Origin: Girardia tigrina
Lineage: Eukaryota
NCBI GenBank assembly: GCA_001938485.1
Contig: MQRK01194127.1
Coordinates: forward strand, 1-57,448
DNA length: 57,448 bases
Direction: 5' to 3'
Notes under the pieces: generated by a model
The model's input: only the letters and a program-made list of their open reading frames with translations
The model's database searches: none
Told to the model about the DNA's origin: nothing
Shown: positions 51,577-57,448 of the stretch, piece after piece
How positions within the stretch are numbered: position 1 is the first letter of the stretch
Layout of the letters: the number at the start of each line of letters is the position of its first letter
Made by a program: the position numbers and the translations under genes

Positions 51577-52161
51577 GTTAGTTATTTGGGCTTTATAACA
51601 GTTCATATATGATGATTGATTTGTGCTAATGGGGTTTCGTTATTGATTCTTTAGTTTTAATCTAAAAATATTTTGGAAAGTTTATTTTAACCATATATCA
51701 ACTTGGTGTCACTAATTCGAACCCATTCGATTGAATGTTATATGAAGTTAATAAAATATTATATTTTTATAATCTTGCAAAATACCAAATGTTTCTCGGC
51801 AGATACTCTTATTATTTTTGCATAAATGTAATGATATGAAGTTCTCTCTCAATAATAACATTTTCAGATCCATTTTTTAATAATTACACAACTAATAAAA
51901 TAGGCTTAGTTTTATTTATATTGATAATTGATTTAACTCTACAATAATACACATCAATCGATAATACGAGACAACCCCAAATATGCATGGAACAGTATCA
52001 ATCTCTTGGATACTAATGGTTCAGATTTAAGTGAATCAAATTAATTCCTTACTCAACAAATAGTCTCATGATTAAAATCAATCGAAAACTCTGGTAAATA
52101 TTCAAGAGTGTGATATGTATATGATATATGGTGCACTGTAGAATTAAAATCGTACTTAATA

Positions 52162-53910
52162 CAGTAGAACTTTGTTATAACAGACTCGCTTATAACGGAC
52201 CTTCGGTTAGTACGGACGAATATTTTAGTCCCGGCAAAATCATGCTACTTTCAATGCAATATTTGTCTTATATTAAGGACTATGTTATATCGGATTTTCA
52301 GTTATAACATACCAATTTGGAAGTCCGCAGAAATAAAATACACCTGTTAGTACGGATGTTGCATTGTATGTGTATGTATGTATTTTCATTAGATGTAAAA
52401 TTATAAATATTTTTTTGATCTTTCTGTCTCCTTAATAAATTTTGAATGCAAAGAATTGAAAAAAATTAAGTATATCATTAATTTTATTAATATAATCAAA
52501 ATAATTCAATACGACAAACTCATTTTCCCTATAGAATTAACCAATATTTATGTTTTTTTCTTAATTAGATTTTTTAAAATTATAAATTCTTTATTACTTT
52601 AATTTTCATTTTGTTTTAAATATTTATTTGTACTGTTAAAAAGCAAGTAATTTAAATTTTTAAATTTAATTTAATTAAATTAATCAATTTCAGCATTAAA
52701 AATTTATATGTTCTCTTATTTTATTCTTGTTGGTATTCATACAATGAGTGATAATCACAGGCTAACTTCTTTTACTTTAGAGTCAAAAAGCAGATTATTC
52801 GTGAAATTGAGTCAGGAAAAAAACAAACAGCTGTTTCAGCAAGTCTAAAGTTCTCCAAACATACAAAGGGTTAATTCTATTTTTCAAGATCGTGACAAAC
52901 TACACCATGCCTATGAGTCAAATCACAACAATAACAGCAAAAGAATGTGCAATGCTATTTTTGATTATGTTGCAGAGACTTTAGTCAAATAGTTTACCAA
53001 GGCTCGCTCCCATAACACTACAATCAATGGTTCTTTAATTCGTAAGAAAGCCCAAGATTTTGTCAAATTGTTCAAGCACAAAACATTTCAGTATAGTGGT
53101 GGCTGACTGGACAGATTCAAAACTCGCCATAATATTGTCTTTCGTGATATTTGTGGAGAAGCAGCAGCAGTTAATGAAACTTTTGTCACAACCTGGACTT
53201 CAACTCACCTACCGGATCTTCTTTTCCCTTTTGCAACCTGCGATGTATTCAACGCTAATGAAGCGGTTTTATTCTTCCGTTTACTTCCAGACAAGACTTT
53301 GTCTTTTAAGGGCGACCCATGTCATTGTGGTAAGCAAAGTAAAGAGCCTATTACTGTTAATAGTGTGTACAAATATGGACGGCTGCAAAAAGTTGCCGTT
53401 GTTTGTGATTGGGAAATACGAGCGTCATAGATGCTTTTATCAAAAACGTTTATGAGGAAAAATATGTCTGAAGATGACGAGCGAGGTGCTGCTTCCATTC
53501 TAACTGTAAGTGATGCCATGTCAGCTATTTCAACTTTACGTACTTTTCTACTTGGTGCGTGCAATAGTGATACTGCTCAGGAACATCTTTCTATCGAGTC
53601 GTTTTTCTTGCAAAGATGTCGGTGAAAGGTGCAGTCGAAGTTAACAGACTTTTTAAACCCAAGCAGAAATTTTAAATTTTAGGTAACTGAAGTTTAATGT
53701 TGTTGTATATGCATCGCTAACGTTTTGAAACTATAAATTTTGAAATGTGACGTCAGTTATAAATAAAATTTCAGATGTCAGTTAATAAAGGTTTTTTTTA
53801 TACTTTATATTTTATTTTAAAAAATTGACGGTTTACATTTATAACAGACCTTGGTTAATACAGACAGTTTTTTACGGTCCCATGAAGTCCGTACTAACGA
53901 AGTTCTACTG
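52162..53910 (+). mobile_element. pogo/Tigger (CENP-B-like) transposon, internally deleted and decayed
   Basis: TA|CAGTAGAACTT ... AAGTTCTACTG|TA; MSDNHRLTSFTLESK, FKTRHNIVFRDICGEA, VFNANEAVLFFRLLPDKTL, KLPLFVIGK. Confidence 0.92.
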
Positions 53911-54364
53911 TAATTAACGAAATAATTAAAATATTATCTCTGTAAAAATAATCAACTAATACAATACATAATATTTCCTGCTAGAACTATTTAAGTGATT
54001 TGTCCACTGAACGAACAAAATTTTTCAAAAAAATATTAATGAATATTCTGTATTTAATTACAGAAATATAACAGCTTTATAACTGATAAAGTTATTAAAC
54101 CTCATTAAAAAATAAATTATAACTATGAGAGGTTAGTTTTAAGTTTCGCCAAAATAGTTTATTATTTTTTTTAATTTAAAATTTAAAAGAAATAAAATAA
54201 CAATTAACATATTTTAATAAAAGTTATAGAATAAGTTAAAAAAATTTTAATTAACGGATTAATATTTTCAGAAATAATTTTTTTAATAAAATGGTTATTG
54301 TAAATTTAAATTAATTAGTTTTATGATTAAGTTTCATAAGAATGTAAAATTTGGTTACATTAAA

Positions 54365-54785
54365 AATTTGTAAATTTTTTGTAAAATATAAGATTATTTA
54401 AGGTTTAAATGTTGTAAAATTTTTGTAAAAAATATAAGATGATTTAAGATTTAAATATTGTAAATTTTTTTGTAAAAAATATAAGATGATTTAAGATTTA
54501 AATAATGTAATTTTTTTTGTAAAAAAATATAAGATGATTTAAGATTTAAATATTGTAAAAATTTTTTGTAAAAAATATAAGATGATTTAAGATTTAAATA
54601 ATGTAATTTTTTTTGTAAAAAAATATAAGATGATGTAAGATTTAAATATTGTAAAATTTTTGTAAAAAATATAGGATTATTTAAGATCTATATATTGTAA
54701 AATTTTTGTAAAAAAATATAAGATTATTTATGATCTAAATATTGTAAATTTTTGTAAAAAATGTAAGATTATTTGAGATTTAAAT
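54365..54785. repeat. AT-rich minisatellite, ~46-48 bp unit, about 9 copies
   Basis: Recurrent TTGTAAAAAATATAAGATGATTTAAGATTTAAATATTGTAAA. Confidence 0.9.
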
Positions 54786-56434
54786 TTTCTTATATTTTCA
54801 AAATTTAATCGAAAAATTTAATGAACTAATTTTGGGCGAAATAATTGAAGTAACAAGAAATTTATTTAAGTATATGAATTGTGAATATTAATAAATTTTT
54901 GTGGTGTTAAATTATGACTTTAGAATGTGATAATAATGAAAGTGGCATAAACGCCACTTACAATAATTTTTATCACTAAAAAATCTTTTACTATAATATC
55001 AAATTTTAGAATCATTGAATATAATAAAATATTTACATAATATAATGTCTTTTTTGAAATCTTGATTTGAAAATGTAATAATATTTTTCTTCACTTCTGT
55101 TGCAATCACCATCTTTTATCAGAAAAATAAATGTACGCGATGTGCCCAAAACGTCGGTGCTTTTACTAAGAAAGAAATTGAATGGAAAATCAAACATTTC
55201 AACAGAAGAGCGATTTACATTCCAACACTGTTGCTTGCACTGATTTTTTTCACAGATTGCATTTTTGAAGAATTCTGAGGACTGATCCCGCTCTTTCTCC
55301 CCCTCTTTCCACAGATATTCAGCACATGCTAGCTGTTTGACACGCAATTGTTTCTTTATATACATGAAGATGTAAAATCTCTGGGAAGAATGGTCTAATA
55401 GCTTAAATGCCCTTTCCTCCTGTGAATTACTGCATTATATTAGAGAATCTACATGGAAATTTAGTATTCTTTTCATTGAGCAAGTTGGCATTTACTCACA
55501 AGATCAGAGTAATACCATGGCCATCCAGCAAATGCTAAGAATCATGCATTTTATGTGGGATGTTCCTACACTCTTAATCTTGAACTTGAATTTTCAGGAA
55601 ATTTCCATTCACTTGATTCACATGTTTTCTTCTAACAATAAATGTTAAATGCATTGCAATAAATGATTATTTTACATCACATTTTCTGACATATATATTA
55701 CTAAAAATATTCCTTATTTTATATCTATGTATATTTTAATTCCAAGTATTAATTGTATTAGTTAAAAACAGATGGTGGAGATTCTTCAACCATAAAGTTG
55801 TTTAAAGTAGATTTTTCCCGATATTTTTATGTATTCATCTATTATCAAATTGTTTTCACTTTCTATAAAATAATTATAGCAAATAACACAAAAAGCATAA
55901 ATGGTAAATACAAAACTAAATTCTACAGAAAGGGAACAGACACAAAACTGTATAAAACACTCAACAGTTTCTGTGATGAAAAGAATAAATGTGATTTTGT
56001 CAAAAGTGGGATACATATAATTTAGTCCTGATCTTCAGGTTTTATATTAAATCATAAGGATTTGAATATTCTGAAGAAAAGAATAAACAGGAATATATTC
56101 TTAGATCAAAAATTTTAAACGGTGCAAAAAAGAACATTAGATAAGGAGTGTGATAAAAATAAAGCGATAAAAATGATAGTGAGGATCACGAAAGTAAATA
56201 AATCGTGAAAGTGCCGTATTCTTAGGGCTTTGTAAAATGTAAACATCAGTTGATTAATTGCCTTGATAAAAATTCACAAATTATACCTGTCTCATCAAAA
56301 GTGAATAGATTTTTCTCGATGAAATCGAAAACTGATTTGTGAATATTATATGAAGTTAGTAAAATATTATATTTTTATAATCTTGCAAAATGCCAAATGT
56401 TTCTCGGCAGAGACTCGGTAGATACTCTCATATG

Positions 56435-56700
56435 TGAGATAATATTTTATAATTTTTTATGTCAAGGATGTCGAAATTTGTACATTTGAGAGATACAGTC
56501 ATTTCGCACTCGTATTAGTGAGCACACAGGTACAAGTCAAGAGAGTCAAGTCTATGGCCATTTGATGTCGTGTCAGAATAGAGAATCAATCAAATTAAAA
56601 GAGGAATTCTCTTTGGCGGTTTCGAATTTTATACGCATTTGAAAGACAATATTGCGAGTCATTATTGATCAAGTACCTTAACCCCTTTAATAAATATTAA
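56435..56700 (+). mobile_element. Decayed Penelope-like GIY-YIG fragment
   Basis: LYNFLCQGCRNLYI*E...FRTRISEH...LLIKYLNP. Confidence 0.65.
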
Positions 56701-57448
56701 AAAGAGAAATAGTTTCAATGTTAAATTTTTTTTATTTAGCATTGTTTTTAATCTTTGATGTTCACATTTCGTAGTATTATATATATTTATCATAGTAAGT
56801 TTAAAATTTTTATTAGTATGTATTTTTTCATTTAAAATTAAGTTTTTAACATAATTTTAAAATTTAAGATTTTTCACTAATTGTTTTAAGATTTCTTGCG
56901 CTTCTTGTTTAATATCAATTTTAAAATGTTATTCTAGTATAAACTTTGGAGTTTTGTGAGTTTTTTGGTAATTTCTTTTCAATCTTAAAAAATAAATATA
57001 AAATAATTTGTAAAATGGATTTTTTAAAAAAATATAATTAAATTATTTCAGTATTTTTTATTAAATGATTAAGAATAAATAATTATATGATTTTAATTTC
57101 GTAAATAAATATAGCATAAAATATCTTTTAAAGTTATTTTTAGTCTTCGAATGATTTTAAAATCATTAACTATAATTTTTTTAATAATTTCATACGATAA
57201 TAATTTTTACCATGATAATAAATTTTTTACAATTCTTTTTGTTTATAAATAAATACAGGGTGCGGTAGCTATTTGAGAACAAAATGACATAAAGTTCAAA
57301 AAATGAATATACAACAGAAAAATAACATATATTACAATTTAAAATTTTACATATATTAACACATACATAAAGGACTACATCATTCAATGAAACCGCCATT
57401 AGCGGCAATAACGGCCTCTACACGTCGTCGAAACCGACTGCAGGCAGT

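Noticed and set aside
55033-55640. Minus-strand 110-aa ORF as a host exon
   Set aside because: Surrounded by stop-interrupted coding-like sequence, so probably a transposon relic, but I could not assign a family.

Overview
AT-rich eukaryotic (animal) genomic DNA from a draft assembly with N gaps. The ~50-65 nt short introns and the transposon complement suggest a planarian such as Schmidtea (inference only). Two host genes lie in tandem on the minus strand. Snapin (BLOC-1 subunit) has 3 coding exons, 43577->31663, 135 aa. Flightless-I (LRR + gelsolin repeats) has 11 coding exons, 31612->1238, 1279 aa by my manual splicing. The main observation is that Snapin's last exon, which the ORF track misses, ends only 50 nt before the Flightless-I ATG. 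The spacer has no AG and no AATAAA, and the Snapin CDS has no internal Met, so this is a candidate dicistronic or shared-exon Snapin-FLII unit. Introns and flanks hold decayed mariner, Tc1, pogo/Tigger, MULE, hAT, piggyBac, RTE-like and Penelope-like elements plus MITEs. Also seen: two minimal hammerhead ribozyme motifs, an RFX X-box array, a ~1.8 kb nested foldback element, an LTR-like unit with three mini-introns, and one exon of an unidentified plus-strand gene near 51.2-51.6 kb.
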